A DNA stretch of 64,000 nt from Candidatus Latescibacterota bacterium. Its GTDB lineage: Bacteria > Latescibacterota > UBA2968 > UBA8231. Below, one piece after another: positions 32,614-41,738 of the stretch. The first letter of the stretch is position 1, and the number at the start of each line of letters is the position of its first letter. A program made the translations under genes and the position numbers. The DNA is taken from positions 5,376,001 through 5,440,000 of the forward strand of contig CBDETY010000003.1 in the NCBI GenBank assembly GCA_965243025.1, read 5' to 3'. The notes under the pieces were generated by a model. That model saw only the letters and a list, made by a program, of their open reading frames with translations. It ran no database searches and was not told the DNA's origin.

Positions 32614-33396
32614 TCATCCGCCCTTTCCGGAAAGCTTGTAGCTGCTGGCCACGTAGGTGAGGGTCTGTCCAGCCCTCATCTCCTGCACCCGGGTGTTGGA
32701 CGACAGGAACTCCACCGCCTGGGAGAGCGCGGAAATGTCTGCCGGCTGGCCCATGGTCTCGCCGTAGTGGCAGGGAATGACCACGTCCGGGTTGACGTAG
32801 CTGGCGGCGCGCGCCGCCTGGCGGATGTCCATCGTGTACTTGCCGCCAACCGGAAAGATGGCGATCTGCGGCCCGTACATCTGGCCGATCAGCTGCATGT
32901 CGCCGAACAGGCAGGTGTCGGAGGAGTCGTAGATCGAAATGCCGTTGTCGAAGGCGAGCACGAAGCCGCTGACAGCGCTGTCGGGGCGGAAGTAGTCGTT
33001 GCCCGTCGGCGGCCCCTTGACCAGGTGCGGAGCCATCGACAGCGAGTGGTGCGCCTGCACCATCGTGATCGACACGTCCTTGACCTTCACCGTTCCGCCC
33101 GGGTTCATGGTCAGGGCGCGGTTTTCCATCTCGAGGCCGTGCGCCTCGGCTACCTGGCACATCTCGTAGTTGCCGACGAACTTCGCGTTCGTGCGCCTGC
33201 AGATTTCGAAGGAGTCGCCGACGTGGTCCATGTGGCCGTGGGTGGCGATGACGATGTCGGCCTTGCGCACCTGCGACAGCTTGATCTTCGCCATCGGGTT
33301 GTCGTCGAGCCAGGGATCGAAGTAGATGGTCGTGCCCCTGTCCGACTCGAACTTGAACGAGGCGTGGCCGAGGAAGGTGATCTTTAGGGATGCCAT
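32614..33396 (-). CDS. Metallo-beta-lactamase-fold metal-dependent hydrolase (UPF0173-like)
   Basis: ITFLGHASF, DPWL..NP, THGH.DH.GD and IPCHY. Confidence 0.85.
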   Translation of the reverse strand: MASLKITFLGHASFKFESDRGTTIYFDPWLDDNPMAKIKLSQVRKADIVIATHGHMDHVGDSFEICRRTNAKFVGNYEMCQVAEAHGLEMENRALTMNPGGTVKVKDVSITMVQAHHSLSMAPHLVKGPPTGNDYFRPDSAVSGFVLAFDNGISIYDSSDTCLFGDMQLIGQMYGPQIAIFPVGGKYTMDIRQAARAASYVNPDVVIPCHYGETMGQPADISALSQAVEFLSSNTRVQEMRAGQTLTYVASSYKLSGKGG

Positions 33397-33493
33397 CTGT
33401 TCCTCCGGGGATTTGAAATGATGACGGTTGTCGCAGCCCTGAGAGGGCTGCGCGGCTGGCGCCGGCCCTCCGGCACTGCGCCTTGAAGTGCTT

Positions 33494-33814
33494 CTATTCG
33501 GCGCTCACCGCGGTGCCGCTGACCGAGACCATCAGCATGCTTCCGCCCTTGCCGATCACCTCGTAGTCGAGATCGATCCCGACCACCGCGTTTCCTCCCT
33601 GTTCCAGCGCCGCCTGGGCAATCTCCTTCATGGCGATCTCCCGGGCCTTTTGCAGTTCCTTCTCGTAGGCGGATGAGCGCCCGCCGACGATGTCGCGGAT
33701 TCCTGCGAAGAAATCGCGGAAGATGTTGGCGCCGACGATCGCCTCGCCGGTGACGACGCCGTGGTAGCGGCTGACGGTCATGCCCTCGATTGTCGGAGTG
33801 GTGGTAAGGATCAC
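33494..33814 (-). CDS. YbjQ/UPF0145 heavy-metal-binding domain protein
   Basis: [12 protein letters not shown]...GAN...[12 protein letters not shown] and GTAV. Confidence 0.9.
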   Translation of the reverse strand: MILTTTPTIEGMTVSRYHGVVTGEAIVGANIFRDFFAGIRDIVGGRSSAYEKELQKAREIAMKEIAQAALEQGGNAVVGIDLDYEVIGKGGSMLMVSVSGTAVSAE

Positions 33815-33963
33815 GGGTGCGCCTCGTCGTCGATGGAGGAAACCGCGCGCCGGGTCGAGTCCGCGCGCGACTGGGTGAAGACGGGGGGGGTATAAAGGCT
33901 TTTCGCGGCCCGCGGGTCAAGCAGTCCGGGGGGCATTTCACTTCCCGGCGGTGTCCGCCAGAC

Positions 33964-36345
33964 TTACCGCGACTCCCGCTGCCTCGTCGTCGATGCGGCG
34001 AGAGAATCGACCTTGATCACCTCTCCGGTCTTGCGGTCGACCTGCCCGAACTGAAGCACCCCGGTGGGGCAGGACTCGACGCAGGCGCTGCAGCGCACGC
34101 ACTCCGGGTCGGCCATCGGCAGCCCCTTGTTGGCGAAGTTCATGATGTCGATGCCCTGGTGGCAGACCGAGGTACAGACGTTGCAGGAGATGCACTTCTT
34201 CTTGTCGGCGAGGATCCGGAAGCGGCTGAAGCGCGCGTACACGTGCATCAGCGCCGCCAGGGGACAGGCGAAGCGGCACCAGACGCGGCCGCTGAACCAG
34301 AAGTAGGCACCGTAGCCCACGATGCCGGCCAGCAGCAGGTCGACCGCCCACTTGTAGTTCAGCTGTATGCCGAACGGCTTCCAGCCGTAGAGCAGCCCGG
34401 CGTGAAAAGCGGCGAGGCTGCCGCCGAAGCCGGTGTCGGGCCATATCCAGCTGACGAGGCGGGTCGCCAGCAGCAGCAGGCATATCAGCAGGATCGCCTG
34501 GCCCACCATGTTCGCCCTGTTCCAGGCGGCCCCGTGCGGCATCTTGTGGCGGTGGGTGTCGCCGAGGGTCTCGGCCATGGCGCCGCAGGAGCAGATCCAG
34601 CCGCAGTACGCCCCCTTTCCCCAGAAGTAGATGATCAGCGGAATGAGGACGAAGGTCTGGACGAGGCTGATGCCCAGCCACCACCAGAGCGGCTGCGAGG
34701 TGAACACGTTCCAGATGAAGAGGGGCCAGGCGAGGACGAGCCCGAAGGCGCGCCAGTACTCGCGGCCGTGGCCGTAGTCGACGGCGGGGAACAGGGCGTC
34801 GGCGAAGCTCTTGCCGAAACCGCCGTCGAACCAGCCGTTGTACCCGAGCCAGGGGAGCAGGAGGTAGGGCAGGAAAAACAGGGGGATCACCTGTACCGCG
34901 GCGAGGGTCCAGGTCTGCACCTCGACGTACGGGGTGCGCCGCCGGCGGATGCGCCGGACTCCGAACAGGACGACGAGGGCGGAGTAGAGCAGGCTGTAGT
35001 AGAAGCCGGGTTCGCCGAGGTTGAGGTTGAGGGTGCCGAGGACCGTCGCAGGGTCCGCGGCCATCGCGCCCAAAGCTCCCCCCGCCTGGCCGAGCAGGGA
35101 GGGAACGCTGAACGGGAACCAGCCGCTCCCCTGGAACCAGCCGGTCAGCGAGCCTCCTGCCTTCCAGTTGTAGACGAAGGCGCACAGGGCGAGGAACAGC
35201 GCCAGGCCGGCCCAGTTGCGCGGCCGCATTTCGCCGCGGATCGCCACCCCGGAGCGGCGGAAGAACTCCAGCGGCGCCTCGCGGCCGATCATCGAGAAGA
35301 CCGCGTCGTTGGGGATGCGGACTTCCTGCCTGCCGGCGTCCTCGAGGACGACCTCGTTCTCCTCGATGGCCTTGAGGTTCGAGGCCATCATCATCCGGAT
35401 CGAGCCGGCGCGGCGGGCCCCTTCGAGGAATTCGCCGCTGCTCGTCGTCACCCGCTCGGAGGTCGGGGTGTCGACGGCGACGTCGGCCATCGGGTCGGCC
35501 GACAGCATCCCGAGCTTCTCGATGTTTTCCGGTTTGGGCCGGGCGAACTCCGGCTTGCGGTAGGAGAGGGTGACCCTGCCGCCGGCGAGGGCGACGGCGA
35601 TGGCGGTTTCGAGAGCGCTGTCGCCGCCCCCGACGACGAGGACGTCCCTGTCGCCGTAGTCCTTGGGGTCGTGCAGGCGGTTGGAGACCTTGTCGAGCTC
35701 TTCCCCGGGAACCCCGAGCTTGCGGAAGTTCCCCGAACGACCGATGGCGACGACGACCCGGCGCGCGCGCACCGTGCCTCGCCCGGGGACGACCAGCTCG
35801 AACAGCCCTCCCTCGCGGCGCACCTGCTCGACGCGCGCCATCGTCGGGGCGATCCCTTTCTCCAGGGTCTGGGCCTTGAGCTCGGCAACCAGGGGCTCCT
35901 TGACCCCGGCGGTGAACTGCAGGTCGCCGGCCGGCACCATTGCGGTCGGATAGGTGAAGATCGGCTTGCCGCGCGGGAAGTTGACGACCGTGGAGAACGG
36001 CTCGGTCGCCTCGAACAGCTCGAAGCTCAGGCCGGCTTCCCTGGCGGCGAGGGCCGCGGCCATGCCGCTGACCCCGGCCCCGACGATGGCGACGTCGAGG
36101 GCCTCCCCGTCACCGCCGGACTGCCTCTCCTGCTGAAAGCGCGGATCGCCGCGGATGTGCGCGACCGCCCTGGCGCCGCTGTCGGAGGAGAACTTCAGCA
36201 GCGGGATGCCGGTGAGGTCGCCGACGATGTACAGCCCGGGAACGTTGCTGCGGTAGTTGGCGTCGACCTCGGGAAGCTTCTCGACCACCCCGGCGGGCCA
36301 GCGGGTGTGCAGCCACTTCGCGTAGGATCCCAACGCTCCGAACAT
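33964..36345 (-). CDS. Thioredoxin-reductase-like flavoprotein fused to a NapH/MauN-like membrane 4Fe-4S domain
   Basis: GAGVSG (FAD) and GGGDSA..SYR (NADPH); TM helices, CGWICSC, WCRFACP and two CxxCxxCxxxC motifs; ATG at 36345. Confidence 0.8.
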   Translation of the reverse strand: MFGALGSYAKWLHTRWPAGVVEKLPEVDANYRSNVPGLYIVGDLTGIPLLKFSSDSGARAVAHIRGDPRFQQERQSGGDGEALDVAIVGAGVSGMAAALAAREAGLSFELFEATEPFSTVVNFPRGKPIFTYPTAMVPAGDLQFTAGVKEPLVAELKAQTLEKGIAPTMARVEQVRREGGLFELVVPGRGTVRARRVVVAIGRSGNFRKLGVPGEELDKVSNRLHDPKDYGDRDVLVVGGGDSALETAIAVALAGGRVTLSYRKPEFARPKPENIEKLGMLSADPMADVAVDTPTSERVTTSSGEFLEGARRAGSIRMMMASNLKAIEENEVVLEDAGRQEVRIPNDAVFSMIGREAPLEFFRRSGVAIRGEMRPRNWAGLALFLALCAFVYNWKAGGSLTGWFQGSGWFPFSVPSLLGQAGGALGAMAADPATVLGTLNLNLGEPGFYYSLLYSALVVLFGVRRIRRRRTPYVEVQTWTLAAVQVIPLFFLPYLLLPWLGYNGWFDGGFGKSFADALFPAVDYGHGREYWRAFGLVLAWPLFIWNVFTSQPLWWWLGISLVQTFVLIPLIIYFWGKGAYCGWICSCGAMAETLGDTHRHKMPHGAAWNRANMVGQAILLICLLLLATRLVSWIWPDTGFGGSLAAFHAGLLYGWKPFGIQLNYKWAVDLLLAGIVGYGAYFWFSGRVWCRFACPLAALMHVYARFSRFRILADKKKCISCNVCTSVCHQGIDIMNFANKGLPMADPECVRCSACVESCPTGVLQFGQVDRKTGEVIKVDSLAASTTRQRESR

Positions 36346-36353
36346 CCGGCGGA

Positions 36354-37808
36354 TCACCTCACCAGGGTCATCACGCGGGTCTCGCTGACCCCTTCGCTCT
36401 CGACCAGGAGCCGGCAGAGGTAGCTGCCGCTGGCCACCTGGCCGCCGCCGTCGTCGCGGGCGTCCCAGCGGTAGACGTAGCGCCCGGCGCCCTGGAAGCC
36501 GCTGGCGAGGGTGCGGACCTGCTGGCCGGCGGCGTTGAAGATGGTCAGGTCGACCTCGGCGGCGCGCGGCAGGCCGTACTGGATGTGGGTGCCGGGATTG
36601 AAGGGGTTGGGGTAGTTCTGGGTCAGGGAGATCGCCCCGGGCAGCGATACCTCGGGCTCGACCGCGGTGTCGGGGTCGGGCAGCTCTTCGACGATCCCCT
36701 CCCCTTCCCAGACCGGGGCGCCGTTCCAGTAGGTGTCCCAGGCGAACCACATCGAGTTGTACGCCGGGATCTGCTCGAGGCGGGTCCCTTTCAGCTCGCC
36801 GGAGACCGCCTCCCCCAGCATGTTCCAGCGGCTGCGCGTCTCGATGTCGACGAACTCGACCGGCAGATGGCCCCGCGGCTCGGCGAAGACGAAGGTCAGC
36901 GACCTGCCGGCGACCATTCTGCTGTAGGGAATGGCGGTGCGCGAGGCGCGGTCGAAGACGACGAGCAGGCTGTCGCCGCCGAGGGCGTCGTTGATCACCA
37001 CCCCGTCCGGGATGTCCTTGAAGGGGTAGGACTTGACCTCGCCGTTGCGGCAGATCCCGAGGACGGTCTCCTTCGCCAGGATGCGTCCGTCGAGATCCGG
37101 CGTCGCCGTGGTCATCGGGAAGAAGATGTTCTGGTGATCCTCGCGGTAGGTGCCATACGGGTAGATCTCGTAGTGCCCCGCGCGCAGGTAGCGGTTGCGC
37201 TTGTCGCTGTCGTAGCGGTCGAGGCCGGTTCCCGAAAGGGCCACCACGGTGCCGGGGTACATCTGCTTCCACATCGACCAGGTGGTCTCGACGATCGGCA
37301 GCAGCTCGAGCTTCTCACCGGTGTAGTTGCCGCTGATGCCGGTGTAGATCATCTGCGGGTAGAGGCTCAGGCCGTCGCGGCGGTCGTACATCACGAGGTT
37401 GCTGTTGATAAGCTGCCCCGAGACGCCGAACTCGATCTGCGCCAGGTCGTCGCCGGTGGCGTTGAAGTTGAGGGCCGTGCCGGTGAGCGGACAGAGCGTC
37501 ACCGAGATGAACTGGCCGCCGATCCCGTCGTTGATGACTTCGTGCCACCACCCGAGGTTCTCCGGGTAGGCCTTGGCGACGCCGTGCATGAAGACCCCCA
37601 TCACGAGGTCGTCCTCGCGCACGTAATCCGCCTCCCCGGGCATGCCGAACACCGGGTTGGTGAGCGCCGGGATGCCGTCCTTGCCGGGGCCCCCGCTGAA
37701 CAGGTGCTCCGTCAACCCGGTTACGTCGTCGGGCAGGTACTCTCCCCCCCGGGCGGGCAGGGCTGCAAGGGTGCAGAGCGCCGCCGCTGCGGCCAGCCTT
37801 TTGCTCAT
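36354..37808 (-). CDS. Secreted DUF3179 protein with a FlgD-Ig/T9SS-like C-terminal domain
   Basis: Signal peptide, GGP.KDGIPAL..P, HEVIND, CPL.GT, FGVSG.L.NSNL.MYDR; QNYPNPFNP...WD..D..G..VASG.Y. Confidence 0.82.
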   Translation of the reverse strand: MSKRLAAAAALCTLAALPARGGEYLPDDVTGLTEHLFSGGPGKDGIPALTNPVFGMPGEADYVREDDLVMGVFMHGVAKAYPENLGWWHEVINDGIGGQFISVTLCPLTGTALNFNATGDDLAQIEFGVSGQLINSNLVMYDRRDGLSLYPQMIYTGISGNYTGEKLELLPIVETTWSMWKQMYPGTVVALSGTGLDRYDSDKRNRYLRAGHYEIYPYGTYREDHQNIFFPMTTATPDLDGRILAKETVLGICRNGEVKSYPFKDIPDGVVINDALGGDSLLVVFDRASRTAIPYSRMVAGRSLTFVFAEPRGHLPVEFVDIETRSRWNMLGEAVSGELKGTRLEQIPAYNSMWFAWDTYWNGAPVWEGEGIVEELPDPDTAVEPEVSLPGAISLTQNYPNPFNPGTHIQYGLPRAAEVDLTIFNAAGQQVRTLASGFQGAGRYVYRWDARDDGGGQVASGSYLCRLLVESEGVSETRVMTLVR

Positions 37809-37834
37809 CTCGTCCTCCGTTGCTTCCTCACCGC

Positions 37835-38911
37835 CTACAGGTCGACTACCTGCAGCCGCTGTGCCAGCTTGTCTCCCAGAAGATCGGACTTGCTCTCGAG
37901 TTTCAAAACGCCGCGCGGGCAGACGTGGGCGCACATCCCGCAGCCGACGCAGGAAGCCCGCTTGACGTCCTGGTTGTTGCGGGCGTAGGCGCGCACGTCG
38001 ATCCCCATCTCGCAGTAGGCGCTGCAGTTGCCGCACGAGATGCACATGTCCGGCTTAACGCTGATGCGGAAGCGCCCGAACTTCTGGATCAGGCCGAGCA
38101 GCGCCGCCATCGGGCAGAAGAAGCGGCACCAGACCCGGGTGCCCAGCAGCGGGTAGAGAGCCACGGCGAACACCCCGGACAGCAGCGCCCCGACGATCAG
38201 CCCGTACATCTCCTGGATTTTGAAGGCCACCGCGGCGAACCCCGGGTGGTTCTGGCCGATGCCCCAGTTGATGAAGACGACGGCGGTGGTGCCGAGGGCG
38301 AGAAGCAGAACCCCGTGAACGGAGATCTGCTCGAACTTCCACGCCCGCGTCGACTTGTCGGAGAGGTGGCGCCAGGAGTCGCCGGCGGTCTCGGCGAGGC
38401 CACCGCAGCCGCAGATCCACGAGCAGTAGAAACGCTTGCCGAAGATGAAGGCCAGGGCGGGAAACAGGATCAGCGAGCCGATGAAGCTGTAGAGGGCGAT
38501 CAGCACCGGGTACTCGAGGATCGTGCCCGGGTAGAAGTACTCGATCTTCAGCGGCCACAGGTAGGAGAAGAAGAAATCCCTCTTTCCGAACAGCGCCATC
38601 GCGAACGGCAGGCAGAAGGCGAGGACTATCTGCACCGCCACCACGACCAGGGTCCTGACTCTCTGGTAGCGGCTGTTGCCGTGGCGGGCGAGGAAGAAGG
38701 CGCCGCCGGCGATCATCGCCAGCGAGTAGATGGCGCCGTAGAGCCACCACTTGTTGCGCAGGCCCAGGGCTTGCGCCAGCGGGTCGAACCAGTCGGTGAA
38801 GTAGGTCGCCAGGTAGAAGGCGAGGATGGCGGCCCCGAGTATCCAGGCGCTCGCTCCGCGCCGCCGCCATGCTTCCCGGTAGGTGCTCATCAGGCCGTGT
38901 TGGTACATCAT
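37835..38911 (-). CDS. Membrane-bound 4Fe-4S binding protein (NapH/MauN-like)
   Basis: Multiple TM helices, GKRFYCSWICGCGG, RVWCRFFCP, CISCGNCSAYC and CVGCGMCAHVCP. Confidence 0.82.
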   Translation of the reverse strand: MMYQHGLMSTYREAWRRRGASAWILGAAILAFYLATYFTDWFDPLAQALGLRNKWWLYGAIYSLAMIAGGAFFLARHGNSRYQRVRTLVVVAVQIVLAFCLPFAMALFGKRDFFFSYLWPLKIEYFYPGTILEYPVLIALYSFIGSLILFPALAFIFGKRFYCSWICGCGGLAETAGDSWRHLSDKSTRAWKFEQISVHGVLLLALGTTAVVFINWGIGQNHPGFAAVAFKIQEMYGLIVGALLSGVFAVALYPLLGTRVWCRFFCPMAALLGLIQKFGRFRISVKPDMCISCGNCSAYCEMGIDVRAYARNNQDVKRASCVGCGMCAHVCPRGVLKLESKSDLLGDKLAQRLQVVDL

Positions 38912-38943
38912 CTGCGCGCGCCCTCCTCGAAGAATTCGTTCTC

Positions 38944-40377
38944 TTATGTGACCGTCGCCCGCGCGGTGTCGAAAACCGGCGGGGGCGTCAGCTCCGGATC
39001 GTACAGGGCTTCCCGCAAGTGGGAAAGGACGTAGCTCAGGTCGCGGCGCTCCTCGATCCAGCGCACCAGGAAGGTGTGGTCCCAGCGGCGGCCCAGCATG
39101 TTGAAGCCGACGACGCGGTCGTTCTGCAGGACGATCCGCGTGGTGCTGCGCACCGCTCCGGTCTCCTCGTGGAACCAGTTCTTCTCCCCCTCGAGGTTGA
39201 AGTTGACCAGCCCGGCGGTGGTGTACTCGACGTCCATGAACTTCGCCGAGTTGTAGAAGGTCCCGCGTTCGTAGGCGACGGTGTCCCCCAGCATGGCCGC
39301 CCCGGCCACCCGGCCCTGGGCGCGCGAGGTGTACCACAGCTGCTCCGGCCTGCGGCTGCCGTCGAACCATGAGACCGCGGCGCAGTCGCCGGCGGCGTAG
39401 ACCCCGGGGGCCGATGCCGCCAGCCCCGCGTCGACGACGATTCCCCGGGAGCGCTCGTCGAGCTCGATCCGGGAACCGTCGAGCCACCCGGTGTTGGGCA
39501 TCACCCCGATGGTGATGACGGCGATGTCGCACTCGATCTCCGGACCGGCCGCCCAGGTTTCGTCGGGGAAGGCGTTGGGCCGGTGCCCGGAACCGGCGAC
39601 CCTGGTGTGCATCCCCGTCACCGCCCCGGCGTCGTCGCCGACGAACTCGTCGACGACGGTGTTGAGGTGCACGTGCAGGCCGTTCTCCTCCATCACCCGC
39701 GCGATCCAGGCGGCCTCGCGGCCGTCGATGGCCAGCGGCCAGTACCAGTCCTCCATGATCAGGAAATGGGTGTCAACCCCGGCATGGGCGAGGATCTCGG
39801 CCGCCTCGATGCCGACCAGTCCGCCCCCGATGACGGCGGCGCTCCGGGCGCGGCGCCCCCGTCGTTCGGCGACCGTGGGGCGCGGCCGGTAGGGGGAGTC
39901 CCCGGCGGTGGCCTCGAGGTGGTGTTCGGGACGCGGCGGTCTGCTTTCGCCGGGGCCGCCGTGGACCTCGCGTTCGAGCCACTCGAGGTCCTGCATGGTG
40001 ACGAAGTGGCCGATCCCGTCGAGGCCGGAGTTGGGCCAGGGGCCGGGGCGGGGCCGCGAGCCGCAGGCGATCAGCAGGCGGTCCCAGGGAAGCGGCTCCA
40101 GTCCTCCTGCCAGCTGCACCTGTCTGTTGTCGACGTCGACGCCGGTGGCGCGCGCCCTGACCCGGGCGAAACCGAGGCGCTCGTACAGGTCGCGCTCGTA
40201 GGTCTCGATGTCGCGGTGGGACAGCTGTCCGCAGAAGACGTACATCAGCGCCGTGCGGGAGAAGGGGTGGTCGGACTCCTCCGAGACGATGGAGATCTCC
40301 CAGTCCGGCTCGCGCTGGCGGATCGCCAGCGCCGCCTCCATGCCGGCGACTCCGTTTCCTATGATGACGGCTCTCAT
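38944..40377 (-). CDS. NAD(P)/FAD-dependent oxidoreductase (rubredoxin/ferredoxin reductase-like)
   Basis: IIGNGVAG, LLIACGS.P, IGGGLVG.E and VYAAGDCA; ATG at 40377. Confidence 0.85.
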   Translation of the reverse strand: MRAVIIGNGVAGMEAALAIRQREPDWEISIVSEESDHPFSRTALMYVFCGQLSHRDIETYERDLYERLGFARVRARATGVDVDNRQVQLAGGLEPLPWDRLLIACGSRPRPGPWPNSGLDGIGHFVTMQDLEWLEREVHGGPGESRPPRPEHHLEATAGDSPYRPRPTVAERRGRRARSAAVIGGGLVGIEAAEILAHAGVDTHFLIMEDWYWPLAIDGREAAWIARVMEENGLHVHLNTVVDEFVGDDAGAVTGMHTRVAGSGHRPNAFPDETWAAGPEIECDIAVITIGVMPNTGWLDGSRIELDERSRGIVVDAGLAASAPGVYAAGDCAAVSWFDGSRRPEQLWYTSRAQGRVAGAAMLGDTVAYERGTFYNSAKFMDVEYTTAGLVNFNLEGEKNWFHEETGAVRSTTRIVLQNDRVVGFNMLGRRWDHTFLVRWIEERRDLSYVLSHLREALYDPELTPPPVFDTARATVT

Positions 40378-40647
40378 GGCGAATTGCTGTTTACCTGTTG
40401 GATGACCGAAGCGCGCGCCGGTTTCACGAAAGCGGCATCGGTTTAATGCCGAGCCGGGGATCGGCAGGCGGGAGCCTTCATCACCCGCCGGCTTCGGTAT
40501 CGTCAGGTCTTCCGTGCAGCGGTGAATCTCGCCAGGGTAGCGGTTGCAATCCAGGTTGCAGCGGCCGGGAGACCGGGAGTGTGCGCTTGTGGAACCAGGT
40601 TCCAGTTCGGATACTCCAAAGTGGTGCACAGCATCGATTGAACGGCG

Positions 40648-41700
40648 ATGAGCGAACTGGTCCAGATAGAAATCCCTCCCGCAGCGGCGCCCCGTCCGCG
40701 GGTCACCAGGTCGAACCGCGACCTGCTGGCCGGGGACTGGCCGCGCTTCCACGAGGTGCTCGACGGGCACGGGTTCCTCCTCGAGCGCCGCCGGCTCACC
40801 ACCCTGCAGGTCAACGTCGGCAAGCTCTGCAACCAGACCTGCCGCCACTGCCACGTCGAAGCCGGCCCCACGCGCACCGAACAGATGACCCGCCGGACCG
40901 CCGAGCGCGTCGTCGAGCTGATGGACCTTCCCGGCGCCGGGGATCTCGACCTCGTCGACATAACCGGCGGGGCGCCGGAGCTCAGCCCGCAGTTCCGCTT
41001 TCTCGCCGCCGAGGCGCGCGCCCGCGGCTTCCGCGTCATCGACCGCTGCAACCTCACCGTGCTGTTCGAGCCGGGCCAGGAAGACACCGCCGGGTTTCTG
41101 CGCGACCACCGGATCGAAGTAGTCGCCTCCCTGCCCTGCTACTCCAGCGAGAACGTCACGCGGCAGCGCGGTGAAGGGGTGTTCGGCAGGAGCATCGAGG
41201 CCCTGCAGCTGCTCAACTCCCTCGGCTACGGCCGCGAGGGGACCGGTCTCCTCCTCGACCTCGTGTACAACCCGGTCGGGGCCTTCCTGCCTCCGGACCA
41301 GGAGGAGCTGCAGGGGGAATACAAGGAACGGCTGCTCGCCGACTTCGGCATTGTCTTCAACCGCCTCTACACGATCACCAACATGCCGGTGAAGCGCTTC
41401 CTCTACGACCTCAAGCACAGCTGCCGGTTGGAGGAGTACATGACCCTCCTGGTCAACAGCTTCAACCTGCAGGCAGCCGAAAACGTCATGTGCCGCGACC
41501 TGGTCTCCATCGGTTGGGAGGGGACCATCTACGACTGCGACTTCAACCAGATGCTGGAGATGCCGGTCCCGGGTCCGCGCCGCAGCATCTGGGACCTCGG
41601 CTCCCTCGACGAGTTCAACCGCGGGCCCATCGCCGTCGCCGACCACTGCTTCGGCTGCACCGCCGGAGCCGGCAGCAGCTGCGGCGGCTCCCTCGACTGA
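40648..41700 (+). CDS. arsS: Arsenosugar biosynthesis radical SAM protein ArsS family (DUF3641)
   Basis: LQVN.GK.CNQTC.HCHV.AGP.R.E, DITGGAPE, ASLPCY, LVYNP.G..LP, YDCDFNQML and HCFGCTAGAGSSCGG. Confidence 0.88.
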   Translation: MSELVQIEIPPAAAPRPRVTRSNRDLLAGDWPRFHEVLDGHGFLLERRRLTTLQVNVGKLCNQTCRHCHVEAGPTRTEQMTRRTAERVVELMDLPGAGDLDLVDITGGAPELSPQFRFLAAEARARGFRVIDRCNLTVLFEPGQEDTAGFLRDHRIEVVASLPCYSSENVTRQRGEGVFGRSIEALQLLNSLGYGREGTGLLLDLVYNPVGAFLPPDQEELQGEYKERLLADFGIVFNRLYTITNMPVKRFLYDLKHSCRLEEYMTLLVNSFNLQAAENVMCRDLVSIGWEGTIYDCDFNQMLEMPVPGPRRSIWDLGSLDEFNRGPIAVADHCFGCTAGAGSSCGGSLD

Positions 41701-41738
41701 AAAACACCCGGTACCCGCGCAGGCACCGGGCTTCCGCC

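Noticed and set aside
40648-41700. Selenoprotein forms of ArsS or DUF3179
   Set aside because: ArsS ends GSSCGG with a TGC codon and neither ORF has an internal TGA
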